From assembly GCA_002633005.1 (NCBI GenBank), contig NMRA01000055.1, positions 924,282 through 988,281 on the forward strand: 64,000 bases of DNA, in the 5' to 3' direction. The position numbers were made by a program, and so were the translations under genes. Source of the stretch: Phoronis australis (Eukaryota; Animalia; Phoronida). Below the pieces are notes generated by a model that searched no databases, had not been told where the DNA came from, and saw only the letters and a program-made list of their open reading frames with translations. Shown here piece after piece: positions 51,641-64,000 of the stretch (position 1 is its first letter; every line of letters starts with the position of its first letter).

Positions 51641-51754
51641 ACTAGTCGGATATAATGTACCATGATTTAGAGAACCAGGCAATCAATGAACAATGGCTGT
51701 TATTAAGTGGATGAAACTGGTTCTCTAAATCAGGGTCCATTATATCCGACTAGT
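51641..51754. mobile_element. Small hairpin MITE family (other copies about 22044-22140, 27990-28075, 47870-48020, 57668-57740)
   Basis: Palindromic arms actagtcggatataatg...gatttagagaaccag / ctggttctctaaatc...cattatatccgactagt. The core gagaaccagtt...aaactggttctc is shared by all copies. Confidence 0.75.
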
Positions 51755-52088
51755 GCCGGAAATGGCGCGTCACGAGTGAGCTGTTTTCAAAATGACGACA
51801 AACTTTCATTTGTTACAAAAGGCAGAAAATTATGCAAGAAAATGATGTACATTATATTGTTTTTCACTTAAATGACTCCCAGGCAAGTTGGTTATCTTGA
51901 ATTCCAGATTTTGCATGCACCCCCTGTTGGTCTTTAGCTCTACATGTTGTTACAGGTTTCACGGCGAAGTGACGAGCAGAACTACCCTGGCTAAGTTCAA
52001 TTTCGAGGTCTGACGGTGCTCAATGCACAGTGGTAGCGAGCTGTATTTTGACGATAGTCTTCATACAGCTAGCTGGCTGGCTAAGTGA

Positions 52089-52821
52089 TAGGCAACACGT
52101 AGCCCCTCAGTTGGCCGGTTAGGGGCTACAATACTTCCCATCGCTTTCAGTACGCATTTCGTCCCATGTATTTTAAACAGGTGGTTGGCCAAATCCAGCC
52201 GATTTTTAGTTTTCACCTCGTCAAAAATACATTCTACACTCAAAACTAGCAATTAAAAATGAGCTTGCTTTCTTAAGTGATCCTTTCTGCTTCTTCACGT
52301 CTTCTATGAAGCATATCTACTAGAATTAAGGTGACGTTGGAGAAGAATTCCAACTCCACTTTTTGGTCACCGTTAACTTTTTCACCGCGCGTGCGATAAC
52401 CACAAAGTATGTCAACTGAGTCACGTGAGTTAGACAAATGCTAGCGCGAGACTGAGCGAAGCGCGTGACACTAGAGCGCGACACTTGCAGAATAGCATGA
52501 GAAGGTATCAGGTGAAACTTGTAAGATGTGTGTCCCTTGGACTTTATATTCGGCAACATGCGTGATTTCGCGTAACTTCACATAACTTCCTCAAAATGGC
52601 ACCCGGTAAGAGAAACTTGAGCAAACCGCGACAGGTTTTCAACGATTTGTTCAAATTATCTTGACTGAATTGTTTTCAGACTTATGGTTGTTTATAACTT
52701 CACGTACATAATATGCACATTTCATTTGATTTTATTTCCTGTATATTGAAATGAGTAACTTTTTGTGGGGATGTACTATTGCCCTGGATGCCGCAGGCAT
52801 CCAGGGTGATGTAATTGCCTA
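52089..52821. mobile_element. TIR element with 9-bp TSD
   Basis: Termini taggcaa / ttgccta, TSD gctaagtga (52080-52088, 52822-52830). A homologous copy lies at 56573-57049. Confidence 0.8.
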
Positions 52822-52990
52822 GCTAAGTGATAGCCTGCCTAGCTGTATTTCGACAATAGTCTTCATACAGCTGGCTGGTTGAAAAATCCAAAGTGAGTCA
52901 TGGAATGATCGCAATTATTGGAGAAGGGCACCAGCCTGCAGACACTTTTGTGGCCTGAGAACCAACTACAAGCCACTAACTGGTCACGGT

Positions 52991-53612
52991 CACAGGCGTC
53001 CTCAGCTTCTAATCGCGTCCCCAATATACTACATATAATACTACAAGGTTATGACACTCGGGACTAGAAATTCCACAGGTGCTTCGATTCAGCTGTCCAT
53101 GTCAAAGACATAACTCAATAAATTTACACAAAAAAGGGGTTCAACAAACCATGAGAAATTGATTTTTCTTATAATACCATTCACGGTGTCCTGCTCCAGT
53201 GAGTTCGCAAGAAATTCGCAGTCAAAGCACAAAAATGTTCCCAAAATGCCAAACACACTTTGCACTTTGACGGTTCGAGGTCAAGGACGGCACGGAAATT
53301 GCCAGTTTGTCGCTTAAAGTCACGATGTCGATAACGCCGTAATTCATAGGTAATTTCTGTACCGTCCTTAATCTCAAACCGTGCTTTGACAGCAAATTTC
53401 TTGCGAACTCTTTGAAGCAGGACACCGTGAATGGTATTATAAGAAAGAACAATTTCTCATGGTTTGTTGAACCCGTTTTGAACTTTATTGAGTTTTGTGT
53501 TTGATATGGACGGCTGAATCGAAGCACCTATGGAATTTCTAGTCCCGAGTGTCATACCTTGTAGTATTATATGTAGTGTATTGGGGACGATCAGAAGCTA
53601 AGAACGCCTGTG
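52991..53612. mobile_element. Foldback-type element with about 225-bp TIRs and 8-bp TSD
   Basis: 52991-53217 is the reverse complement of about 53395-53612. TSD gtcacggt / gtcatggt. Confidence 0.85.
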
Positions 53613-54166
53613 GTCATGGTTAGTCAACAATTATGATCCAAAACAATACAATTTGAATTTCAATGAATAAGGACCTCAACAAGAAGTGGAGCCAGAACTC
53701 ATAAGCATGTCAAGCACCACTTAACTTGATGCTACTTTCCAACGACTGGTAATCAATGTCTACGGATAACAACGGGCCTGCTGGAGAAAATGAATGACAT
53801 GTGAGGCAAGTTGTATACCGGATTTAGATCTCAGACATGTCTGCCAGGCAGTGGACACCATTCAGACAATGTAACTCACCAGTTTAGCGACACGATCGGC
53901 GGCTTGTTAGTCTATCAACCTGTCATAATGGTTGATGTAGGATGCGCTGAGGATCAGGGAACCATTCGGTATCAGCTGAATTTTAAATCAATGATGTACC
54001 GACGATTATTTATGAAAAGTTAGATGGTATCAAAATTAACCCGCGCCAAAATTGCAAAGGCCGAGTCACGGTATAGATGCGCAGCAATCACCTATAAAAG
54101 AGTTCGACAGATTGAAAGTTAATTGCAAAATATCCTATGTTTGTTTTCAATTACGCTTGACAAAAT

Positions 54167-54179
54167 AGGTCACAGGTTA
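54167..54179 (+). promoter_or_regulatory. DR1 nuclear-receptor element (PPRE-like) upstream of SCP2
   Basis: aaaat-AGGTCA-c-AGGTTA about 140 nt upstream of the ATG. TATAAAAG at 54093-54100. Confidence 0.4.
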
Positions 54180-54319
54180 TATTTTATTTGAAATTTCACA
54201 CATAACGACAAAAATAAGTTCGGAATTTTGAGCGAACAATTACTCGCGGAACAGTTTTGACATTTAGAGCAAGATCTTTGAAAGTAGTCCTCATCCGGGT
54301 GATCCATAAATATTCCAAG

Positions 54320-54367
54320 ATGTCAGCGCCCAGGAAGGTTTTTGTGGTCGGCGTCGGAATGACAAAG
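54320..54367 (+). CDS. SCP2: Sterol carrier protein X / peroxisomal thiolase, coding exon 1
   Basis: MSAPRKVFVVGVGMTK matches the SCPx N-terminus (RRVFVVGVGMTKF), followed by a GT donor in phase 0. Confidence 0.92.
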
Positions 54368-54803
54368 GTATTCTCAAATGCAACTTTTTTGCGGGAAAAT
54401 TGTTTAAAATCTTTAATAATTAACAGATAATGACGCAACTTACTGTCCATAGTGTGCATGTTGTCCTTGTCTAAGGTAGCTGTGTCTGTGAGTGAGACCT
54501 TGACCTGGGCTGGGGCCCTGTCATTTTGTCAGTGTCACTGAGCGAGTCAATGCTGATTACGTAACCAGGGAGGGTAATGATCTGATGAAGGTCTCGGGTT
54601 TCTGGACTGGTGATTTTCTGACAACTCCTTGTCATTAGGTGACATAGAATAGTTGATGGTCTGCTCGAACTTCATTCTTTTTTTCTAGTACAAGAATTTT
54701 ACACTATTAATTACAGTTACACAACTTCACAAGTGCGTGATGTATAATTCAGTACTCACAGTAGCGCCAGGGTGCTGTGGCACATGATGGACCCTGCCCA
54801 GCT

Positions 54804-55594
54804 AAAAATTGGGTAATTGTTTACAATATGACGACATTGACTTACACATATGATTTTGGTATCGTTTGATTCCTTGCAAAGTTATCTTTCCAAAAATACT
54901 TAGAAATTCGTCTTACCCCATTCTTTTAATACTTTATCGGGAAACTTCTGCTCGCACTATTTCCCGGTACGCGGTAGTAATACCGCCACGTTGAATGCAA
55001 GGAGTCACCTGGTGGTCAAAAACTTAACTAATCTACCGACTTCTATAGATTGTAGCTTTTCATAAGGTCAAATTGACCGAGACTCGTTTTTCTCCCGCCC
55101 GAGTTACGGTGCCAAGGGTTCGAATTCGATCCTATAGTGACCCTGGTACGCATCTGTTAGCACGAAACCGCGAAAAAAGCGGAAGCTGTTTTTGAGGTTC
55201 TTATTTGTGAAAATGGTATCCACTTCAGACAATTTCGTGGAAAAATGGTCAAATGGTCACAATTATAAAAAAATTGGAACAGGTGAAATGCTGCTACTAA
55301 TTGTTCCTCCATATCATGTCGGAAAAACTTTAGCTGGAATCTCGCACAGGCAAACACCATTCAAAATCAATGATGCTGTTTCATTCATTAACAACAGGTG
55401 TCGCTGTAATCTTGAGTTGAGCTAACATGGCGGTGTCAACCGGGAAATAGTGCGAACCGAAATTCGACAATAAAATACGGAGGTAGGGGATAAATTCATA
55501 TATTTTTGGAAAGATAACGTTTCAAGGAATTGAACGATACCAAAATCATGTGTGTAGGTCAATGTCGTCATATTGTAAACAATTACCAAAAATT
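54804..55594. mobile_element. Long-TIR DNA element remnant in SCP2 intron 1
   Basis: About 115-bp inverted arms: ggtaattgtttacaatatgacgacattgac...gttatctttccaaaaata and tatttttggaaagataac...gtcaatgtcgtcatattgtaaacaattacc. Confidence 0.75.
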
Positions 55595-56572
55595 GACTGT
55601 CGGACAACCATCGTCCGACAGTTGGAGTTCGCTAATGCAAACACAATAGCCCATTGAATTCAGTCCAGCTGCTTGGGCTGCATAGCCACACGTACGTAAT
55701 CCTTTACTGACACCGCATTTATGCCATTAAACTACATACCTGTCGACTGTTGGCAAAAAAACTGAAGTTTATTTAAAAAATGTACCTGCTTAACCAAATT
55801 TCTCGCGAGAAACTAAGCATTTTAGAACTTTGAATTTTCTTTCTAGGCCACTGAAAGTGAAGTTTTTATTGATGTAAGAATTTACTACCTTGTGTATGAG
55901 CAGAGCATATGAATTTACAAAGGGTATGTTGTGATTCGTCTCCACGAGGCAACTTATAATTTCCAACCAAAAGACCAAAATGTACCATAATCATTTTTTT
56001 GCAATAAAACGCAAGTCCCAGAATATATCATATTACACAATAATGAGAAATATTGAAATGAATAGCAACTGAGAACTTGTTTTTAAGCGTAGGTATACAT
56101 TAGTCATTTTCCGAAGTAAACAATCCCACGTGCTTCAGTTATCGTGATGTCTGAGCAGGTAGTATGCGATGGCGGATTTTTTCATAGTAGATGAGAAGTG
56201 CCATGCTGTGGGTACTAGTAAGTGTGGCTACTGGGCAGTCGCTGACCGGATGAGCGTGTAAGCACTAATCTGTTTCGCTAAGTTTCCAGACTGGCCTGGA
56301 CACAAAACTCGACGGAGAGGTGGACTCAAGTGAAATTTGACACCATCCACTACAAAGCTCATGGGCTAGAGGTAAGTACTAAAGGCTAAAGTAGACAGTG
56401 ATAAGATAAAATCAGAGAATGGTGTGCATTTTAACGTATTACTTCTTGTGCGTTAGGTCTACTATTTTTGTTATGGGTCGAAATTAAATTGAATTGCATG
56501 TGAAACTATTACTGGCCTTCCCCGTATCAATTGTTTCTCGCAAGCCTGTTTCCATGTAAGTTGGCCTCCCCC

Positions 56573-57049
56573 TAGGCAACACGTAGCCTCTCGGCTGACT
56601 ATGTATGGGGTAGGAGCTACATTACTCATATTCTGTTGGCCTAATGATTTCATCCCGTGTATTTTACACAAGGGGGTAGACGAAATCCGCTTTAAATGAC
56701 ATTTTCATATTGTCAAAAATGCATTTTGCGCTTAAAATTTTCACTTAAAAAAGTGCTTACTTTCTTCAGCGATTCCTTTTGGTTGCGTACATATCTTCCA
56801 TGAAGCATGTTTATAGGAAGTAAGATGACTTTGGCGAAGAATTCAAACTCCACCTTTTAGTCTGACGTGAGTTAGGCAAGGATAAGCGCAAGACTGAGTG
56901 AAGCGCGTGACCTGGCGCATGACACTTGCAAAAATAGCATGGGAGATATCAGATGGAATTTGTAAGATTCGTGTTCCTTGGACTTTTTGTTTGTCAACAG
57001 GCGTGATTTCATGCAACTTCCTCGGCATTCAAGGCGATGTAATTGCCTA
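56573..57049. mobile_element. Second, internally deleted copy of the TAGGCAA-TIR element
   Basis: Same termini and internal similarity as 52089-52821. Degenerate 9-bp TSD gcctccccc / acctacccc. Confidence 0.75.
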
Positions 57050-59189
57050 ACCTACCCCTAATAACTAATGTCTTTCAGAGTTCGATTTTAAGCTGAATTG
57101 TTGGTCTAGGGGTCCAATGTTCATTCATGGTTTTAAGTTGCACTTGTAAACACAGGCACTTCAGCAGCGGGAAATTTGGGGAGGGTGGGGATTTTCATAG
57201 GCTTCAATAATTGCATTCAAAAGTGATGAAACCTTCAACATTAAAAAATATAGAATTAGTCTTTTGTTTTAACTAATATTTTTCCTTCTGTACACTTCGT
57301 GTTTCATACTTGCCTTTGAGGAAAAGTGAATGGGGTTTTCAACAAGTCGGGTATGTGTTATGAATTCTAACTTTGTATGCCTTTTTTCAGTCAGTGGAAT
57401 TGTCAGAAGGAAACAAAGCAGAGGTCCCAAAGCAAGAGCGTCCTCCCACTGGAAAACATTGGTTGATGGTGATACAGTGAACTACTTAACACGAGATGGA
57501 GAACAAACAAGGATTACAAAATCCATGAATGTTTTTATGCGAGAAGTAGCTAAAGAAGAATTAGGAGTGATAAAATGGGAGGACATAATGCCAGTTACGA
57601 ATGACAGTTCACACTTCTCGTCACATTGGGTTAATTGCAGCATCCCCTGCAATAGTCCTATCTAACATGCTGAGAACCAGTTTTGATGTCGTTTGTTCAG
57701 CGGAAAAAACTGGTTCTCGAAATGTAGGCATGATATATACCACTGTGGGTTGTGGCAGTACCTTGCTGTTTGCTAGGTGCTAGTTTTGAGCTGTGCTATA
57801 GAGAAGTGCTATATGAACATCGTTATTTAAACTTTGCTTCAGTTTTGTAAATGAAAGCTATGTGATTTTATCATTCATTTTTTTGAAATTTCCAGTTTTA
57901 AGTCCAAACTTGTGGCAGTCTTTCTGTATATCACACAATGTCGTTGGCATGATTTTTTGTTCCCACAACACGACGTGGGAGACTTATTCACAAAGGTCTG
58001 TCTGCGTGTCATACAATGTCATTGGCGTGACGTCTCGAAAGGGAATCTGCAGATTTTTTTTATATTTTACACTGAGGTGTAGGGGGGACACCTCCAAGCG
58101 TCATTTGATATTGCTTTGAATAGGGGTTCTGCCATGCTCTTAAATTCCCCTTGTATTTTTACAAACATGAATTTATCAATATTTCAGTTTCGTGAAGCAG
58201 TTGCCAGGCTTATTTCTTATATCAAGCTTTGCTCATTTCGTTTTGATGTAACCTTCAGGTTCATTTCTAATGTTGTGGAGCAGGCCAATGACTTGTTGCT
58301 GCTGTTTGTGTTGTAATTGATCTCACACTTAAACAAGTGTTGTAGAATATTAAAAGGGGTTCTATTCTATAAAGTATATTATTGTACATACTTCATTGAT
58401 GTTTAGACTTATTGTACAGTCTACACTTGTCATGCTGGTGTTTAGTGTATACTTTGTGTCAGTGATTATTAAGTAATTCTGATGTTGATGTTAGTTGATA
58501 CAATCTGAAGTTTTACATTGTATTAAACAGTACACACCATGGATTTTTGCACATTTTGAATTACCGGTGGCCACAGAATAAATGTATGACGTAAAATTTA
58601 GCAAAACCCATGTTTATTTTGTGTAATTAGCTCGAAATTTTGATTTTTCTTTCAATTTTGCCAGTTTTCACATTTCCCGCCATGTGACGTCATGGGTTGA
58701 ACACAACTGATCAGTGACTAGCATTGAACAATGGCGGAGAGCAGTAAATTTGAAAGCGACGTCGATTATGAGCAAGAATTGAATGAATACTATGAAGAAA
58801 CGTACGGAAACCCACCTTTTGATCCCTCTACGAACCTTCTCGACGCTAAATGTACTTTGCTTTCACTTCACTCCATACACTTTGTCTCTGATCCGAACAG
58901 TATGGCGAACGACTTGGGTTCAACCCATGACGTTGTTCATAATTATTATTTTTTCAAGTTTTGCGTGTTTCTTTATGAGCTGTGCACTAAAGGCACTGAA
59001 ATCAAGTAAGATATAATAATAAAATTTATTTTGAGGTACTAGAGTCATGTTGTGTACAATTAAAAATAAACATCTCTCTTCCTGTTGCATGTAACAAAAG
59101 TGTCAATGGCTTGGCTCCAACATGTCTCGGCCACAAATTCAGTAGCAGTTCTATATACTTTACACGTTTCTTCTGTTATTGGTAATGTT

Positions 59190-59590
59190 TCTTTTAAAAG
59201 AATTAAATCCGAGATCGGCAAGAGATCTTTTATTTATGCTGCTGCTACAATATGGAACTCTCTTAGTCCAGTAATTAAATGGCCCAATTCAATTAATACT
59301 GTCAAACGTAATATTAAAAAGTGGCTGTAATTTACTTACCCATTCTTACATCATGCCTTTCTTAATTATGTCATTTTTCATTATTGTACTTGTTCTCACT
59401 ATTTAGTATCATCTCTTTATTTCATTTCTCTTGATCAAAATTTCATCCTCAACCTGTTTTAATTGCTGCTTTGTTACCTGTATCTAATTATTGTTATACC
59501 ACTTTATGGCTGTTGTTGATTGTACCCTTGAAAAGCTCTGCTGTCACTGAAGAGGCTACCTTCATTTTAACTATTAAAATAAATTAAATA
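59190..59590 (+). mobile_element. 5'-truncated CR1/L2-clade LINE 3' end
   Basis: ORF2 C-terminal signature KSEIGKRSFIYAAATIWNSLSPVIK...NTVKRNIKKWL*, then a T-rich 3'UTR ending in an aaataaattaaat tail. Confidence 0.7.
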
Positions 59591-62500
59591 GTTGATGCTT
59601 GAGCCGGATTTACTGTATAGTTGTGATGTCGTGATCTTTGCGTTTTAGCCTGAACAAAAGAATAATTTTTATACTATTTATTGCAGTTGTTAACTGACTG
59701 TAACTTGTATTTTGGTTATGGCTGGTTGGCAAAAGCAAAAGAACAGTTAAGGTAGTTTTTTTATCAGAAAAAAACTAATATTATGTAATTATCTTTTGGA
59801 ATATGAAACCAAATATAGAGGTGAAAAATTATATTTCTGCCATGACCTAAATACCAGGCTTAAAGGTATGGTAGGAACTTTAAAATCAGTGCATATGTAA
59901 ACAACATATTGTCTTGATCGATGTTTCCGTTTATTGTGTCTTGCGTACCTGTACAGTATGATCTACACCTGTATCACCTGATTGGAATATTGTGAATTTT
60001 TTCTTGGGAGACAATAAACCGAAATGTCGATAAATATGCTGTTGTTTACATATGGGCCGATTTTGAAGTTCGTACTAATAATTTGGCTAAAAACAAATGT
60101 GATTAAAGGTATGCATAAGTTTTTCTGTTATCACAAGTTAATTGTAACGGTTTGTTTCTACCTCCAATAATAAGTATTTTGTGGTTGTTGTCGGTGTTTA
60201 CATGTGCTGATTTTGAAGTTCTTACTTGTATTTTGGCCAAAACAAATGCAATTAAAGGTATGCATAATGCTTTCTTATTATCACAATGGTACTGGTCCAT
60301 TTCTTCGTCCGATAATAAGTATTTTGTTGGTTATATTTTGTAAGTTGTAGATTATGTAAGATAGAATTTGTGGTATTTATATATGTTGATGCTCAGCACT
60401 TATAATGTTGTGTATTTGTTAAAAGATCTCGTGTTGTACGTCACTAGATTCTCAATATTATTTTTCATAAACTGGACTATTGTACATGCATGTTTATTTT
60501 TTCAGACAAAGTTGTTTCCTTTTCCCTATTATATGTATTTGTATGTATGTTTTAAAAATAAAACTGTGTGATTAGATATAGTGCTTATCTTTATATTATT
60601 GTATTTCATTTAAAATAATTACAATGTATAAGTACAACCAACCTATTGGGATGTGTCATTTGGAAAAAATTCCTTCTCAGCCATTGTAACCACCATATAA
60701 GAGGTTTGTGATTGTCATCCATGTGAAAATTCCAGTGGAAGGGAAGGTAGTAGGTCAATTTAGTTGGAGAATTTTATGGTGCCATCTTAACTGAAGCAGC
60801 CCAGCCAGCTGGCTCTCTATTGTGTTGGCAGGGAATGGGTAATTGAAACTTGCGCTTCAGCTAACAAACATGGGTTTTGGGTTGAATTTTCAGCAGGAAT
60901 AGGTCCCTCATGATATTTATATGGCAGAAATGTGTAATGTCTGAAAGTGCCCATGAATTGCATAAATTGCGTTTTGGCATCCTCATCTTGAATGGTCTTG
61001 TACACCAGAATTATAGATAGTTGTGCTTTCGAAACATCATAAGAGTTACATCACCAAATGTTTCCGATTAGTCCGCTAATATATATAGGAAGTGTATGCA
61101 GAGACTAGCAAACCATTGACGTTTGTATCGGGGGTTTCCTAGAGCAAAAATTCAAACATATTGCAACTTCCACGTCATGCTTTTGTGTCCTAATTTGCTT
61201 TCTGTTTATTCACAAAACGCCTATTGCTTGTATATTAGTTTCACTGGCTGAGCATGTCACTAACGCTTTCACTACAAAATAATACAAGTAAATACCATTT
61301 TATGCAACACTATTTCAATCATTTGTCTTCTTCAGCAGAAAAAATGGCTTTTGAAGCATATGTCTGACATAAATAATTGACTTTTAAACACGGTTCAGGG
61401 CTTTTCAAACACATGACTCTAAACAAAAAAGCAATACTTCAAACATGGTTTGAATACATTTCGAGGGGAACACTGTGTAGAGATTTGCAGTTTGCGGGGG
61501 TTTTTTATTTTCAATAATGTGCGAGAATTGTAGAATACATAATTGGTCTTGGATAACCTGGATCGAAGGTGTGATCAATCTACCCCCGCCCCCTACTTTT
61601 ACAGTTTACTTGCATACTATTGACCCCCCTCTACTTTCACAGCGTTCTTGCCTCCTGCTTGATTTAACAACCCCTTGTTTTTTTACTTCACTTTAAAGTG
61701 GCTGTAAATCTGTCTTCTATCAGCATACCTTAGCTGTTTTTACTTGTTCTTTGTCCTGATCACAGCTTATTCCTAGGCTTATGAAGAACATAAAGTTTGT
61801 TATTGATCAACAGATCAGACTCAATAAGTATGACCTGTCAGAACGGGTCACTTAATCTACCTAGCATTGTCTCAAGCATTACTGAATAGTCAATACTTAC
61901 CTAGTCAAGAAATCACTTCTCGTCCCACTGAGGAATCAGTTGAGACCAATTTCGTAGTGGTGAGCGGTCTAAAATCATTTATAATAGTTTATTTAAAAAC
62001 CGGACGATCGCTGCACAAATGAAAAACATTTTTATTTGTGCGGCGATTGTCGGGTTTTTGATCTTATTGTGGCCAAAAACTGATTTAAATAGTTTATTTG
62101 TCAGCGAAAGGGAGGTTTTCCAGTTAAATACGCCATATTGTCTTTCTTTCTTGTCAACTTGGAAAATTATCCCTTTTCTCTAATTAATCTAGTCAATTTT
62201 CTGGTGTATGCATTCATTTCCCATTTTCCTTGTTTGTAAATTAATATAAAATCAATCAGTAAATAGCCTCCTGGGTGCTACTGATGGTTGCCTTTGCGTA
62301 CAAGTTAATAATTCTATAAACTTCTGTATTATTGCATAGTGATGTAAGCGTGGTTGAGTTTTATTTGAACGTTCACGTTTTAATGTTAATGAGTATGTTG
62401 AGGTTGCCAACACTCAGGATACTAGTACGGAGTTATTGCAGCAGTGCCTCAGGCCAAGAGTGAGCTTGGCAAGATTTTATCTTAAATGTGTCCAGAATTA

Positions 62501-63648
62501 AGGTAAACGAATACTTTCAGCAGAAATATTGAATTCAAACTGGTGGTCAGATACTAGAACTGGGCCATTTTTAAAATTTTCGATTTTAAAGAAACGGTGA
62601 TGTAGTATTTAAACAATAGAATTGGAGTAGGACAAGTTGGAGGGTCTTGTTAAACAGTACATTGTGGACTGACTATTGTGGACGTTGTACAGTGCTTTTG
62701 CAGTTGAAGTTTTGTCTTCTGTGTGTAGTTATAGGAAGAAAAAAGACCCACTGGTAAAAGTGAGCAAAACATGGTGAAACTAAATTTAACCTCCTTCAAG
62801 TTAAAACCTCAGTGGTTGCCATGGTTGAAATGCATGTTTTTGTTATTATTTGGGTTTTAACTCAGTGACTGTGTTCCCCTTTTTATTAGTTTTTTCATTC
62901 GTGGATTTTCTAACCGGGCTATGACTAGAGCGCAGTCACAAAATGATATTGTGCGATAGTCATGGTCAGTTACTGTTGACTTCTCTATCGATATAATAGA
63001 GCTACTTTGGCTTGTTATCAGATACGTTGGACTTTAAAACACTCACTGAACTGTGAACTATAATCAATGATCCAGGTAGTTAGGACCTCCAGAGCAAATA
63101 TTCAGCAATTACTCTGAAGGCCGAGGTTGAAAACTGACAGTTATAAGTGCACACTTGATAATAAAGCCCACTGTTTTTCATGTTACAAGTTTTATTATCC
63201 TTCAAAAAGCTGTTTGGAATGATCAAGTGAGGTTTTAGCTTTTCACTTAACAACTTAAAATCAATATACCTGAGAATGTGTGCTTGCAACCACTGCTTTG
63301 GAAGCATGTTATAGTTTTCTGGATAAAATTGTGAGTTTTGGAAACTTTTCCAAAACGAATTCTCAAATATGAAGAATGTTTATCTGAAAAGTTGCCAAGA
63401 TATAAAAAAATAATTGAGAAAGTTACATTTTTAAAATTGACTCTTAAAAGTGTCTTAAGTCAATAACTCTGTGGCTAATTTATTTTGTTGATGAATCCAG
63501 AGCATATATTGGCAATTGGAACTGTCAGTTGGATAATCTATGTGTAATTTGTTTTATTCAAACTAAAGAGTGCTTTTTCAAGGGTGTTCTATTCTTTTTG
63601 TTCAGGACTCAACTTGTGTAAAATAACATAACTAGAAATATCTTTCAG

Positions 63649-63706
63649 TTTGAAAAACCCGGACGCCGGGAAAACTTTGACTATCCTGACATGGCAAAAG
63701 AAGCAG
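63649..63706 (+). CDS. SCP2: Sterol carrier protein X, coding exon 2 (gene continues beyond the window)
   Basis: tctttcag|FEKPGRRENFDYPDMAKEA|gtaag; continues the SCPx thiolase N-terminus in frame with exon 1. Confidence 0.93.
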
Positions 63707-64000
63707 GTAAGTCATTTGTGAAACATGAACTAATGATAAACCATAGCTTTGATTTTCTCTTGGTCAACCCTGGGTATGAGAGGTTTTTCTCCACATAATG
63801 GATAGGTGGTGGTGCCAGCAAAATACCTGTATAACCAGGCAAAATGTGTTCCCAAAAGAACACCAGTAGGTGACTTTCAGGAAGCAATGGGTGCTGATCA
63901 CAACATCAGATGGCCAGTGATCTATCACCACTCGGCGGTGCCAAGAGGTACTTCTTTGCATAAAACATAGTTTGACTTCATGAAAAGACCCTGTACTCTG

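Noticed and set aside
58681-59009. 92-aa acidic ORF MAESSKFESDVDYEQ...
   Set aside because: It lies largely between inverted repeats (acgtcatgggttgaac / gttcaacccatgacgt), so it is probably the interior of a non-autonomous transposon; no recognisable domain.
60640-61080. Stop-interrupted coding-like minus-strand segment (YKTIQDEDAKTQFMQFMGTFRHYTFLPYKYH...)
   Set aside because: Possibly a decayed transposase, but I cannot recognise a family without a BLASTx search.

Overview
Eukaryotic genomic DNA: AT-rich, intron-dense and full of MITEs. It looks like a marine invertebrate bilaterian, but the species cannot be determined from this sequence alone. Three protein-coding genes are supported. (1) A complete cohesin loader gene NIPBL/Scc2 on the minus strand, ATG at 45783. 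I traced 44 coding exons by hand, all GT-AG and phase-consistent, giving about 2090 aa. It has two alternative last exons and a 33-nt basic microexon. (2) The first two coding exons of SCP2/SCPx (peroxisomal thiolase/sterol carrier) on the plus strand, divergent from NIPBL. (3) A small secreted multi-peptide precursor at 3243-3527. It has a signal peptide, KR-delimited units, a CPPPC mini-loop peptide and four WIxTTP(S)GGEE/WIRTTPS-amide-type repeats that I cannot assign to any peptide family I know. This precursor is the most interesting item in the window. Introns and intergenic DNA contain several TIR/MITE families with readable target-site duplications, a full-length tRNA-derived SINE nested in a MITE, a LINE 3' end and several minisatellites. 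Most of the supplied six-frame ORFs are spurious or are fragments of NIPBL exons.
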